Assembly: GCA_963810905.1 (NCBI GenBank)
Contig: CAWEPG010000003.1
Span: 19,315 to 83,314, forward strand
Length of the DNA: 64,000 bases
Reading direction: 5' to 3'
Source: an uncultured Acidimicrobiia bacterium
Lineage (GTDB): Bacteria; Acidobacteriota; Terriglobia; Versatilivoradales; Versatilivoraceae
Below the pieces are notes generated by a model. That model made no database searches. It saw only the letters and a program-made list of their open reading frames with translations, and was not told the origin of the DNA. Shown one piece after another: positions 1 to 9,871 of the stretch (the stretch's first letter is position 1; every line of letters starts with the position of its first letter). The translations under genes and the position numbers were made by a program.

Positions 1-1455
1 ATGCAGATACGATAAACAGAGTCGCAATGATGATCGAGCGTTCCCCACAGGCCACGAAAAGAGTAGTTCAGAGTCAAACTGTTGTGGATCCACGGGAACC
101 AGCGAGTGCCGGCTTCCACTCCCATCCACTGATCCGAAACAAATACGGCAGCCATTACTGCACCAACCAGAACGGACGCAATTGCTCCTTTGAAAGTCAC
201 TTTCTTACTCAAAATTCCGAAAAAGATAGCCGGCATGACTGGCATCACGAGGTAAATCGAAATGGTCTGCAGATATTTGTAGAGCCCTTCCGGCGTGATA
301 TAAACGAGGTAGGCAGCTCCAATGCCAAGGATTGTCCCTCCCATGATGGCCACACGACCGATAACCACCTGTGCTTTTTCGCTGGTTTCCGGTCGCAGAC
401 GGACGACAAAATCCCGTGACTGTCATCGTAGAAATGGAATTCATCACAGCATCAAGCGACGAGATCAATGCCGCCAGCAGAGCTGAGAGTACAAGTCCTC
501 TTAACCCGCTTGGCATGAGATCATTCAAAAGAGTGACGAAGGTCAATTTGGGTTCACGTCCAGGGAAAAGAGCCAATGCGATCACGCCCGGCAAAGCAAA
601 GATAAAAACCGGAGTCAATTTCAACAGGACAGCAAACATAGCTCCCCAACGCGCCTGATTCAAATCCTTTGCTCCAAGAACGCGCTGGACGTTGACTTGA
701 TCAATCCCCCAATAAAAAGTTCCTCCATACGCCGCGGCGGCAATGACTCCCCAGAAAGGATAATTTGGATCGGTATGGGGCTTCGCAATCCGGATGGCCT
801 CAGGCACCATACGGGCCAACCCGTGCCAGCCTCCTACTCTGTCCAGTCCCAGATAAAGCATGATGCCGCAACCGACAATCATGATAGTGGTCTGAATCGT
901 GTCGGTATAAGCAATGGCCGCGAAGCCTCCCTTCATTGTAAACAGGGCGGTGAGGATGCCGATCACCATCACAACTGCCATCACATTCCAACCCAAAAGG
1001 CTGTTCATGACCAGGGCTCCGGCGTAGAGGGTAAAGGCCATCTTCGTCACCACACAAATCAACAACATGAGCCCCGAAAAGAAGACCCGGCAGATGGGGT
1101 GGTACCGGATCTCAAGGAATTCAGGAATCGTGAAGACGCGGTTCTTGATGTAGTACGGGAAAAGCACGGCTGCGCCTACCCCAAGACACAGGGCAGTGGT
1201 CAATTCGACCGTGCCCGCGCAAATCCCGTAACGGTAAGCATCACCAGAAAGTCCTACGAGGTGTTCAGCACCAATGTTCGTTGCGTAAAGAGATGCCCCA
1301 ATAACCGGCCAAGTCAGTTGACGTCCAGCCAGAAAGAAATTGGCACTCGAAGCGCCGGCTTGAATGCGAGAAGCAACAAATAACCCCAGGACAACGCTGC
1401 CGCCCAGAGTGGATAGACAGACGATCCAGTCAAGAGGAGTGAGTGAAAGATTCAT
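1..1455 (-). CDS. Sodium:solute symporter (SSF) family transporter. It is frame-broken near 413-415 and the 3' end runs off the window start.
   Basis: The ORF 205..1455 has a multi-TM SSF-like sequence up to ...LDAVMNSISTMTVT and then turns to junk. Removing one C from the CCC run at 413-415 restores the canonical continuation TVTDFVVRLRPETSEKAQVVIGRVAIMGGTILGIGAAYLVYITPEGLYKYLQTISIYLVMP..., which stays open to position 1. Confidence 0.8.
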
Positions 1456-1823
1456 TTCACGGTACCAACAAATCGGATTTACTCATGAAAAAGAAACGTC
1501 GTGCAGGAAGTCGGAAGAGAAGAAGGAAAAGTTGTTTCCCCCCCAAAAAAGCCCTTTGACGTCAGAAGCTACGAAAAGCGAAACCTTTCCAACATCGTGA
1601 AGTCTAGCAATAGATGCGATGATGTCAATGTTACAAGTGCTTCTGGCAAACATTCGTTTTTTTCCAAAAAGAGAACCAGCGTCGAACGTTTCCACTATTT
1701 CGAGAACTGGAAACGTGGCTTTCGTCACCTCATCTTTCGCTAATTGCCATCCTGGAAAAACCGGGAGCGGACAGAATTCCCTCTGGGAAAGAAGTGATAA
1801 TCCGTCAAGCCCCCTCAAGCGTA

Positions 1824-3956
1824 CTAACCCATGATCCATTCTTCTGGCAGGAGATTGGTCTCTTTAATTTGGAACAGCATCCATAAAGTTGTGATGGGGG
1901 CCAATGGCATCAGGAGCCTTGTCAAAGAGAGGGGGATTATCTGTTCCATTTGCCAGGGGGTGATGAGGTAGATCAGAACTATGAAAATTCCATAGAAGAA
2001 AGCAATCCAGAGAAAGACCGAGTGGGGCCCTCTGAGTGCCCGTGCCGGAGAAAAGCAGAAGACAAACGCCAGACACACACCTAGTAAACTCCAGAGATGC
2101 GGTTTCAAAAAAAACTCTCTCAGAAATGAGGGGACTATATAAGCGAGCCTCTCCATCCCGGCAGCAATATGGGGCAGCGTCAGCAGAGAGAAGTAATCCT
2201 CCTCAATCTGGGGCAGTCGCGACCGGTAGTGATACCAGGGCGCCAGAGCCAGCGCCGAGCATAGAGATAAGATGCTGGCGTACTTCAACCTGAACAGCAG
2301 GTCTCTGAAGCCATTGGTCCTCAAAAAAGTGAAGCAGACGAGGGTAATTCCAATCAATGGCAACCCTTCATTTTTTGTAAAGAGCGCAAAGACCGCAAAG
2401 AAAAATGTGATTACAAAATCAATTCGTCTCCTCTCAGACACCCATTTGAAGAGAGAAACGGCAAAAACTGTGAAACAGTAAGCGAGCGGAACATCGCTGT
2501 ATCCACTGGCCGCTCCACCATTCACAAAGATTGTAAAGGCCGGCAAACTCGAAAGGAATGCGGTGCCGAACAAGGAATAACTCCTCCCAAAAAATCTCCT
2601 CAGGCTCGCATAAAAGAAAACAGCGAGCGAGAGAAAGAACAAGGGATAGAGCACTTTCACCGCGTGTTCTTCGATTCGACCGGTCCATTGGTAAATGAAA
2701 CTCTGAGCAAGCGGTAAAGCCAGAGGGTATTGATGCTTGGCATGCAAGCGGGCTGGGTCAAGAAATGCTTCCCCATAAATTTGCTGTTCTGTGAACAGGA
2801 GTTTAGCCTTCATCCCCCAGATAGCCCTTGCATCAAATCCAAGAATAGGATTGCTAACAGCATCCAAAAAGATCAGCAGCGAGGAAACTACTATGATTAG
2901 TAAGAAACCAATTTCGAGACCATTCAAGCGCTGCTTTTTGTTTTCATTTCTACTAAGGCCGCTTTCCTGGACTCCTTCACGCCCCAAAAACAGACTGAGG
3001 CTAAAGAGACCCAGGAATAATCCTGAAAGAAGAAGCCGCACTCGCATGCTATCCAGAGGGATATGGCAATAAGCTAGATAAAATAACCCAAAACTCAGAA
3101 AGCCAAGCCCGATGCCAAACGCTAAGGAGAAGATTTCCAGGGTCGTCAGCTCATGTCGATTGCGGGCGATACAGCGAAGGGTGAGAAGCCCCGAAGCCAT
3201 AATGAGCGTGAGAGCGAGGATGAGCTTCATGTAGAGGGCCCAATCTCTTTTCCCCTGGATCGGCTGACCTTTTTCAGCAGGTATCTCGGTTCTCAGAGGA
3301 AGGAGTTGGTACTTTGTTGTGTCTCCGTCGTTGATTTCCAGGGTCCAAGTAATGGCATGCTTTTGTAGCCACGCGCTCGGTATCTCGGAGATAGTCGCGT
3401 TCGGCTCGGGATAAATGTAAAACCGACGCGGGAATAGGTGATAGTTCAAGAGGTATTTTATTGGTGCCCGGGTCCTGATCAGAATGCCAGCATCTTCAGG
3501 AGTTCTTTCTCTTAGTATTTCCGCCAGCGAGGATAGCTCGCTCAATTCGGGGACTGCAAACTCTCCCGATCCCTTGCCCATTGATAACCGAAAGTGGCTG
3601 CTGAGATTAATCCACCCAAAATTCAGCGCCATAATGGAAATCAACAGACTCACGAGCATTAAAAGGACGACAGCCTTTGATCCGGGACCCAAACGTCTTT
3701 CCAGATATTGAGCTAGAACTTTTCTTCGTGAAACCAGCAAGAAAAGCCCAAGCACGATAGCTTCTACTCCGCATAAGGCTAAAGTTGCAGGAACCAATCG
3801 AACTTTTTCTAAAATCCTCTCATTCAGAGTGCCCGTTTGGCTCAATTGTGTTGCGAGCCAGGAATGATCAAACTCATAGGATTGAAACCCCACACAAACG
3901 AGGAGTAACCCAACAACGAGAAGAAAGTGGGGAATTACTCTTAACAGTTTATACAT
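1824..3956 (-). CDS. Polytopic membrane protein, GT-C-type glycosyltransferase-like (ArnT/PMT, GT39/83-like).
   Basis: A 710-aa ORF with more than 12 predicted TM helices, a long hydrophobic C-terminal half and a short loop motif near the N-terminus. This is a fold-level call only. Confidence 0.4.
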   Translation of the reverse strand: MYKLLRVIPHFLLVVGLLLVCVGFQSYEFDHSWLATQLSQTGTLNERILEKVRLVPATLALCGVEAIVLGLFLLVSRRKVLAQYLERRLGPGSKAVVLLMLVSLLISIMALNFGWINLSSHFRLSMGKGSGEFAVPELSELSSLAEILRERTPEDAGILIRTRAPIKYLLNYHLFPRRFYIYPEPNATISEIPSAWLQKHAITWTLEINDGDTTKYQLLPLRTEIPAEKGQPIQGKRDWALYMKLILALTLIMASGLLTLRCIARNRHELTTLEIFSLAFGIGLGFLSFGLFYLAYCHIPLDSMRVRLLLSGLFLGLFSLSLFLGREGVQESGLSRNENKKQRLNGLEIGFLLIIVVSSLLIFLDAVSNPILGFDARAIWGMKAKLLFTEQQIYGEAFLDPARLHAKHQYPLALPLAQSFIYQWTGRIEEHAVKVLYPLFFLSLAVFFYASLRRFFGRSYSLFGTAFLSSLPAFTIFVNGGAASGYSDVPLAYCFTVFAVSLFKWVSERRRIDFVITFFFAVFALFTKNEGLPLIGITLVCFTFLRTNGFRDLLFRLKYASILSLCSALALAPWYHYRSRLPQIEEDYFSLLTLPHIAAGMERLAYIVPSFLREFFLKPHLWSLLGVCLAFVFCFSPARALRGPHSVFLWIAFFYGIFIVLIYLITPWQMEQIIPLSLTRLLMPLAPITTLWMLFQIKETNLLPEEWIMG

Positions 3957-4153
3957 CGGAGCTTGGAGTAATCGCGCTTGAGTTTATATAGATTGGAAGC
4001 CGTCTTTCCCCAAAAAAGTCCCAACGCATGGCGCTTCATAAGAGTAAAAAGAGTGTCTAAGATAACGCCGCAGTGCATCAATGCCAATTGCTAGAGCCGA
4101 CCTCAATTCAGAAAGCTGGACGAAGTCTAGCATTCCAGGTAAGGAAGGCAAGG

Positions 4154-6796
4154 TTACAGATATTGTAAGTGGAGTGTCGCCTTTTTTCCTGAAGGCAACT
4201 GGTATCGGGCGTGACCGATAGGTGCGAAGCCTGTCAACGGAAGTAATGATATGGTTTCGCTTTCAGGTAAGACGATCTCACCCTGTCCGTTGGAAGGCAG
4301 ACCAAGCGACAGTGTTCGGTCGCCTCTCTTCCCTCTGCAGGAGAATTCGATTGGCCCTTGGGGGGTGTAGGTCGTCAATTCAAGATCCTCCAGATCCGCC
4401 AGTTGAGGGTAAATTTCAAACCGTTTATAACCCGCCTCGATGGGTCGAATTCCAGCGAGGTTCATCATGGCCACGTAGAGCGGGACTACAGGACAATGAC
4501 TCCATTGCGAGTTGGAGTCTGACTTAACATACCAGTTTTCTTGAAGCGCATTGTTGAGACGCACCGAATCCATGCTCGCCCAGCGTTCCCGCAGCTCCTT
4601 GACAACGACGTCAACCCGTCCGCCTTTTGCCAGGGCCCAAAAGCGCCATCCGGCATTCGCTGGATAGGAGAGTCCCATTTCATTCGGAGTTTGAGCGAGG
4701 ATACGCAATGATTCCTTGTGCTGATGTTCAGGACATTGATTGAAAAGGATGGCCGTCGCCAGTGAACGGTCACACAAGCGGATCTCTTTTTCCTCGGCCA
4801 ACCAGGGGAGATTATTGACAAAAAGAAGGCTTTCTTGGCTCCAAAATTTCTTCACAACCGCCGCTTCCAGTTGCCGCCCAAGGGCTGAAGCCGCCTCTGC
4901 GCGTTGTGTTTCACCCCACACACGACAGAGGGGAGCTAGTGCATGCTGGAACATGGCGGCTGCATAAAGGTTAAAAGCACATTGTTTGTGACGTTGCTGC
5001 CGGTAGGCATCGTGATCCATCCAAACCGATGGAACACCAATATTTTCCACGGGCAGCAAACCATCAGGACCAATCAGGCTTTTCAGGTATTGAGCAAAAC
5101 GCAAGAGTCTTGGAAAAGGTTCATTGAGAACCTTCAGGTCCCCGCTATAGAGATACGCATAGTAACAATCGAAGTTGAACCCCACCCCATGATCAAGAAT
5201 AGGCCCCCAACGGGTCAGTTGAAGCTGGCGTTCCATCAATCGCGCCAACCGGTCATAAGCGGGCCAACAATCCAGAAAATATCCGTCGAGGGTTATCCCT
5301 TGACTGAAGGTCGCCAAATAACGGGCGGGAAGACGAGTTTCCCCAAAGGTGGAGTAAATGGCATGAAGCTGATGACCGCAATCTCCGCTGTATTGCTGTC
5401 GTTCTCGCGCCATGCCATCAACAATATTTTCCTGAGCTGAATTGTTTAGAGTATTGATTGATGCATCAAATAAACGCTGCAGCGCCGGCTCGGACGAGCG
5501 AACATGAGGCACATTTGGCCAAGGGAATATACGGCGGCGAATTCCTACGTCGCTGATGGTCACCGGGCCACGACCATGATGAACATGTAACTGAAGCCAT
5601 CGACAGCTTTCAAAATCAAACGTCTCAAAGCGGTTTTTCCCTTCTCTACAGACAAATCGGGACCAACTTTCGAAATGGGTATTCAAGATTGGAGGACCAT
5701 CCACCGAGTGTGCCTCATGAACCAAGAGTTCAATGATTGTGCCGGCCGGCGCCTCAATCGTAAAATAGGGCCAACCGACAACTTGTTCGGCGAATACAAA
5801 ACTCAGAGCAGCACCTCGAATACCATCGAGATGCAACCTCCAAATACCGGGACTTACTTCCCCGGGCGAGGATTGACGCTCAGCCTGATAGGCTTCGGGA
5901 GGCCGGCATTCAAAATACTCCTCCGGCGGACGTACCCACGTAATCCAATGGAATTCAGCCAGCTTCTCTACGGGGAGAAGCGACTCGCTCATCTGCGGAA
6001 TGCTGCGGGGTCGCAATTGTGCATTGCTGGGTTCCCCGCTCGTGTCTAATAGATACTCGGGATAATTGGAACAAACAGGAGGTTTGTTTGGAGCACAATC
6101 CAAAGGCATCGCGTCAAGCCAGTCTGAGTCCATGTGAAACTCTGGACTTGTCCAGCCGTAAGGGAAAAGCCGAGCATCAAATTCTTCCTGCAATGAGCGC
6201 ACATACCAGCGCTTGTAATGTCCCGGTTTCCAGGACCGAGGCAGCATGGCTTTCCAGGAAGAATCTGAAACCATGGTTGTATGGGATCCGTCATCAAAAG
6301 TGATTTCCAGCCAAAAAAGAAAACCAGGCTTGCCGAGGGGGGAGGTGCCGTCGCCTTGGCCAAAAAAGAGCACTTGAGCACCGATGGTGTTGTCCCCGAC
6401 TTGCAGAATTCTGGTGAAATCTATCGGATCTGCTTCCAGCCAGCGCGGATCCGAAGGCGCAGGGCCCCATTGAATCCGCTTTCCATTGACCTCGAGCAGA
6501 TATCGACTGTCAGCTGCGATCCATCCTTGCGCTCTTTGAGGCCGATTCTGCAGATACAGGCTTTTGCGAAATAAGACAAAGGTATTCGCCAAGCAACGGC
6601 CGGAAGGATACCAGATCCATCGTGCCGGTTGAAGATCAGGAAGCTCTGTTGAATCGACCGGAATTGCTTGAATGGGATCGTCTAGCAAACGGGTAGCTGC
6701 CGAATCGAGAAGTTCGTCCCGCTTCAGAAAATAATGCACTCCTCCGGCTAATGCCGAACTCTTAATGAATTCACGTCTTTTCATCAGATACCCCAC
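4154..6796 (-). CDS. Tat-exported glycoside hydrolase, alpha-L-rhamnosidase (GH78)-like.
   Basis: The N-terminus carries a twin-arginine motif (RREFIKSSALAG). WIWYP and LEVNGKRIQWGPAPSDPRWLEADPIDFTRILQVGDNTIGAQV match the pattern of the GH78 N-terminal and concanavalin-like domains. The size (880 aa) fits. Confidence 0.55.
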   Translation of the reverse strand: MGYLMKRREFIKSSALAGGVHYFLKRDELLDSAATRLLDDPIQAIPVDSTELPDLQPARWIWYPSGRCLANTFVLFRKSLYLQNRPQRAQGWIAADSRYLLEVNGKRIQWGPAPSDPRWLEADPIDFTRILQVGDNTIGAQVLFFGQGDGTSPLGKPGFLFWLEITFDDGSHTTMVSDSSWKAMLPRSWKPGHYKRWYVRSLQEEFDARLFPYGWTSPEFHMDSDWLDAMPLDCAPNKPPVCSNYPEYLLDTSGEPSNAQLRPRSIPQMSESLLPVEKLAEFHWITWVRPPEEYFECRPPEAYQAERQSSPGEVSPGIWRLHLDGIRGAALSFVFAEQVVGWPYFTIEAPAGTIIELLVHEAHSVDGPPILNTHFESWSRFVCREGKNRFETFDFESCRWLQLHVHHGRGPVTISDVGIRRRIFPWPNVPHVRSSEPALQRLFDASINTLNNSAQENIVDGMARERQQYSGDCGHQLHAIYSTFGETRLPARYLATFSQGITLDGYFLDCWPAYDRLARLMERQLQLTRWGPILDHGVGFNFDCYYAYLYSGDLKVLNEPFPRLLRFAQYLKSLIGPDGLLPVENIGVPSVWMDHDAYRQQRHKQCAFNLYAAAMFQHALAPLCRVWGETQRAEAASALGRQLEAAVVKKFWSQESLLFVNNLPWLAEEKEIRLCDRSLATAILFNQCPEHQHKESLRILAQTPNEMGLSYPANAGWRFWALAKGGRVDVVVKELRERWASMDSVRLNNALQENWYVKSDSNSQWSHCPVVPLYVAMMNLAGIRPIEAGYKRFEIYPQLADLEDLELTTYTPQGPIEFSCRGKRGDRTLSLGLPSNGQGEIVLPESETISLLPLTGFAPIGHARYQLPSGKKATLHLQYL

Positions 6797-6829
6797 TCCA
6801 TCTCAGGGCACCAATCATTTCTTGAATTT

Positions 6830-9065
6830 CTATTCTGCAGAGAGTTTCCGACTTACCGAAGAATTGGCTGACTGCGGAACATTGAGATTCCCTCGCACCT
6901 CAAATTCTACTGAATCCAGAGGGCGATTGGTCTCATCGATCAGACCGAGAGCGTGTTTCCCCTTTTGAGGAGTCCAAAGCAAGACCGAACCGGCACGTCC
7001 AATTTCGACCCCGTCTAACCTCCAATTGAGGCGATCGTCTTTCGGACGAGATTCAAAAAAGACTTTTTGTTGATCTTCAGGAATGTCCGGATCCAGGGCA
7101 ATAATGGTTCCGGCCACTGGATAAACAATTCTGAAGTTAGTAGGGCTGGAAACGGGTTGTACTTCAGTAATCTCGGTCCCTTTTAGAAACCATTCAGAGC
7201 GGTTTTGGCCATGGCCAGAGAATTCGATGTGACGGGAAATAACGCCGGACGGAGGTTCAGGGGAGTGACTGGGCAGGCCACGGTGAAGCCAGTTCATGAT
7301 TTCAATCCAAGCCGGCGCAGCTCCTGTAATCCCACTGACGTTCCACATCGGATCTCCTGAAAAATTACCTGCCCAGACCCCCACGGTGTAATGGTCCGAA
7401 AAACCCACACACCAGTTATCGCGCATATCTTTGCTAGTCCCGGTCTTGACCGCTGTCCAATACCGGGTTGAGAGCGGACTCTCTAAATGAAAAGTTTCGC
7501 TTCGGCTTTCCCGGTCGGAAAGAATATCGGAGACAAGAAAAGCAGATTCGGCGGAGAGTACCGTCCGCCTGATCACGTCTGGAATTTTCCTCGAATGTGA
7601 GACGGAGAGGAGTCCAAACACCAGCGTTTGCCAGTGATCGATAGGCGTTGACCAGTTCCCAAAGAGTTATATCCGCCGCCCCCAGCGCAAGTGAAGAACC
7701 GTAAAAATCCGCGGACTGAAGGTCTTCAAAACCAAAGTCTCCGAGCTTCTGCACAAACCACTCCACTCCAACTAGGTTTAAAACCTTGACGGCTGGAATA
7801 TTTAAGGAGGAAGCCAGGGCTGTCCTGGCAGGGACTAAACCGTGGAATTGCTTATCGTAGTTTTCCGGACGGTAAATCCCGTTCATCGCAGGCACGTCCA
7901 GCGGAGCATCATCCAGCAGTGAGGCCGGTGTTACGATTCGTTTGTCAAACGCCAAACCATAGAGAAAAGGTTTCAATGTTGAGCCGGCTTGACGTCTCGC
8001 TTGAGTCCCGTCCACGAAACGGGCACTGGCCAAGGCTCCAACGTTGCCCACATACGCAAGAATCTCTCCGCTCTTATTGTCAGCAACCAATACCGCTCCG
8101 TCATGCACATTCTGTCCTTGTACCGACAGAATATGTTGTTGTAGCGTCTCAGATGCAAAACGTTGCAGCTCTCGATCTAGGGTACATACCGCTTCGGCGG
8201 TACGCCCCTTGAGTTGCAGGGCTTGTGATCCTAAGAGTTGCTGACAAACATGAGGAGCCAGTGCAATCTCCTGCTCAAACTTGTAGGGGGTAGCCAGTGC
8301 CTCTCGTGTCTTCGAGAGGATTGTCGCGGAGCTCAGCCGTAGGTTCATCCCCTCGGAAAGTTCACAAGCACGACGCACCACCTCATCAATCGAAGCATTG
8401 GGAGCCCGCAGGAGAGCGGCAAGGATCACTGAATCACTGTCATCCAATCCGTGTGACCTTTTATTAAACAGACCCCTCGAAGCCGAAGCAACGCCCTGCA
8501 ATTCTCCTCGAAAGGTGACCAGATTCAGATAGGCTTCCAGAATTTCTGACTTTGACCAGCCCTTTTCCAACTTCCTTGCGGCTTGCACTTGATTCCACTT
8601 CTGCCAGAGTGAGCGACGAGATTTCTGGGGTTGTAAGTCCGGGATCAACTTTGAGACAAGCTGCATCGTAATGGTACTAGCCCCCCGCAGGTTTGTGGAG
8701 GAGATTCGGCCCATCAATGCCCCTCCGCTTGCCTTCCAATCAACGCCATGATGTTCATAAAACCTTTTGTCCTCAGCGTTGATGACAGCGGCCTGGAGCG
8801 CCGGAGAAATTTCTGCCAGTCTGACCCAATTGAGGCGTCTACCCTTTGGATCAATCCTGATTTCGTGAAGAACATGACGATGGCGATCCAGCAACAACGC
8901 CTCTGTCCCGGAATAAGAGTCATGGACGTGTTGAAAGGATGGAATGAGGTAAGAACTATGGGAGAGGGAAACCCAAAGAGCCTGGACTATCAATAATGTC
9001 AGCAGAATGGCCAACAAGGCGGTCAGATATTTGCAGGGATTCTTGCGGTTCTTAAAAATTCTCAT
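6830..9065 (-). CDS. pbpC: Penicillin-binding protein 1C (transglycosylase and transpeptidase). Split into ORFs 7434..9065 and 6830..7621 by a 1-bp insertion in the T4 run at 7586-7589.
   Basis: GT51 motifs EDKRFYEHHGVD and GASTITMQL are present, followed by transpeptidase STLKPF (SxxK) and KTGTS, then a PBP1C C-terminal domain. Removing one A/T from the homopolymer (LTFEE|IPDVIRRTVLS) joins the two ORFs. Confidence 0.85.
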
Positions 9066-9119
9066 TCAAATTGATCCGAACTTTTCTAACTGCAATGGCC
9101 TTGAATCAATCCCCATGAA

Positions 9120-9845
9120 CCAATTGCCAACCGACCCCGTAAGGGGTCAAAAATGAATAGCCACGGGTGGAGCCATGGGGCGGCAGCCCCGAAGCGAAAC
9201 CCGTGGGCATGAAACCGTGAACCGATTCCCGACCGACCCTGGAGGGGTCGAACTGATTGTCAAATCAGGTATCGTTCATCGAATTCAATGCCAGCGTCTG
9301 TCAGTAATATCTTCAGTTCCTCTTGAAAAAAAACCTGTCGATGATGCTCTTCCTGACCCTTAATGTATTCGATCAGTGCATCTTTTTCCTTGATCGATAG
9401 GGTAAATGCTCCATAGCCTTCCTGCCAGTGTGTAAAACGAGGAAACACCCGGTGATTCTTGATCCAGCTTGAACTTGCTAGTTTGATGTCTTTCACAAAG
9501 TCGGATAACGCCACGCTCGGATGCAGGCTCGAAAGGATGTGAAAATGATCTTCAACACCGTTGATCCGGTAAAGATGGGAATTCTTTAATTGGATGACAC
9601 CCCAGATGTATTTGTAAAGTTCAGGCCTTCGATCAGCGGAAAGAGTCCTTTCCCGGTTCTTAGTTGAAAAAACGATATGGTAGAGGATTTGGGTGTAGGT
9701 TGACATTATTCCATCCCTCGATTCAGATTCAACCCCTCCAGGGTTGAATTATGTGATTGATCCTCTTCCACGGGTTTCACGTCGGGACCATCGTCCCGCC
9801 TTTCACCCGTGGCTATTCACATTCAAGCCCTTCGGGCTTGGGGCA
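9120..9845 (-). mobile_element. REPtron-like unit: REP-associated tyrosine transposase (RAYT) flanked by mirror-image sets of GC-rich hairpins.
   Basis: The left flank has hairpins gaccccgtaaggggtc, ccacggg..cccgtgg and cgaccctggaggggtcg (9123-9239). The right flank has their reverse-complement counterparts ttcaacccctccagggttgaa, ccacggg..cccgtgg and caagcccttcgggcttg (9727-9841). The pair tgaatagccacgggtg (9150-9166) and cacccgtggctattca (9797-9812) is exactly inverted. Confidence 0.75.
9260..9706 (-). CDS. IS200-like / REP-associated tyrosine transposase (Y1 HUH transposase).
   Basis: A 148-aa ORF starting MSTYTQILYHIVFSTKNRE, with HFHIL (HUH motif) and a C-terminal Tyr region. The size and motifs are typical of the TnpA_REP/IS200 family. 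Confidence 0.85.
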   Translation of the reverse strand: MSTYTQILYHIVFSTKNRERTLSADRRPELYKYIWGVIQLKNSHLYRINGVEDHFHILSSLHPSVALSDFVKDIKLASSSWIKNHRVFPRFTHWQEGYGAFTLSIKEKDALIEYIKGQEEHHRQVFFQEELKILLTDAGIEFDERYLI

Positions 9846-9871
9846 TTACCCCATCCATTTCCCAATATTCC

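Noticed and set aside
697-1383. A 228-aa plus-strand ORF and an 85-aa minus-strand ORF inside the symporter gene.
   Set aside because: They are antisense or alternate frames of a well-supported membrane transporter.
9175-9363. A 62-aa ORF spanning the left REP hairpins.
   Set aside because: It is composed of the palindromic repeat sequence and overlaps the start of the transposase on the other strand.
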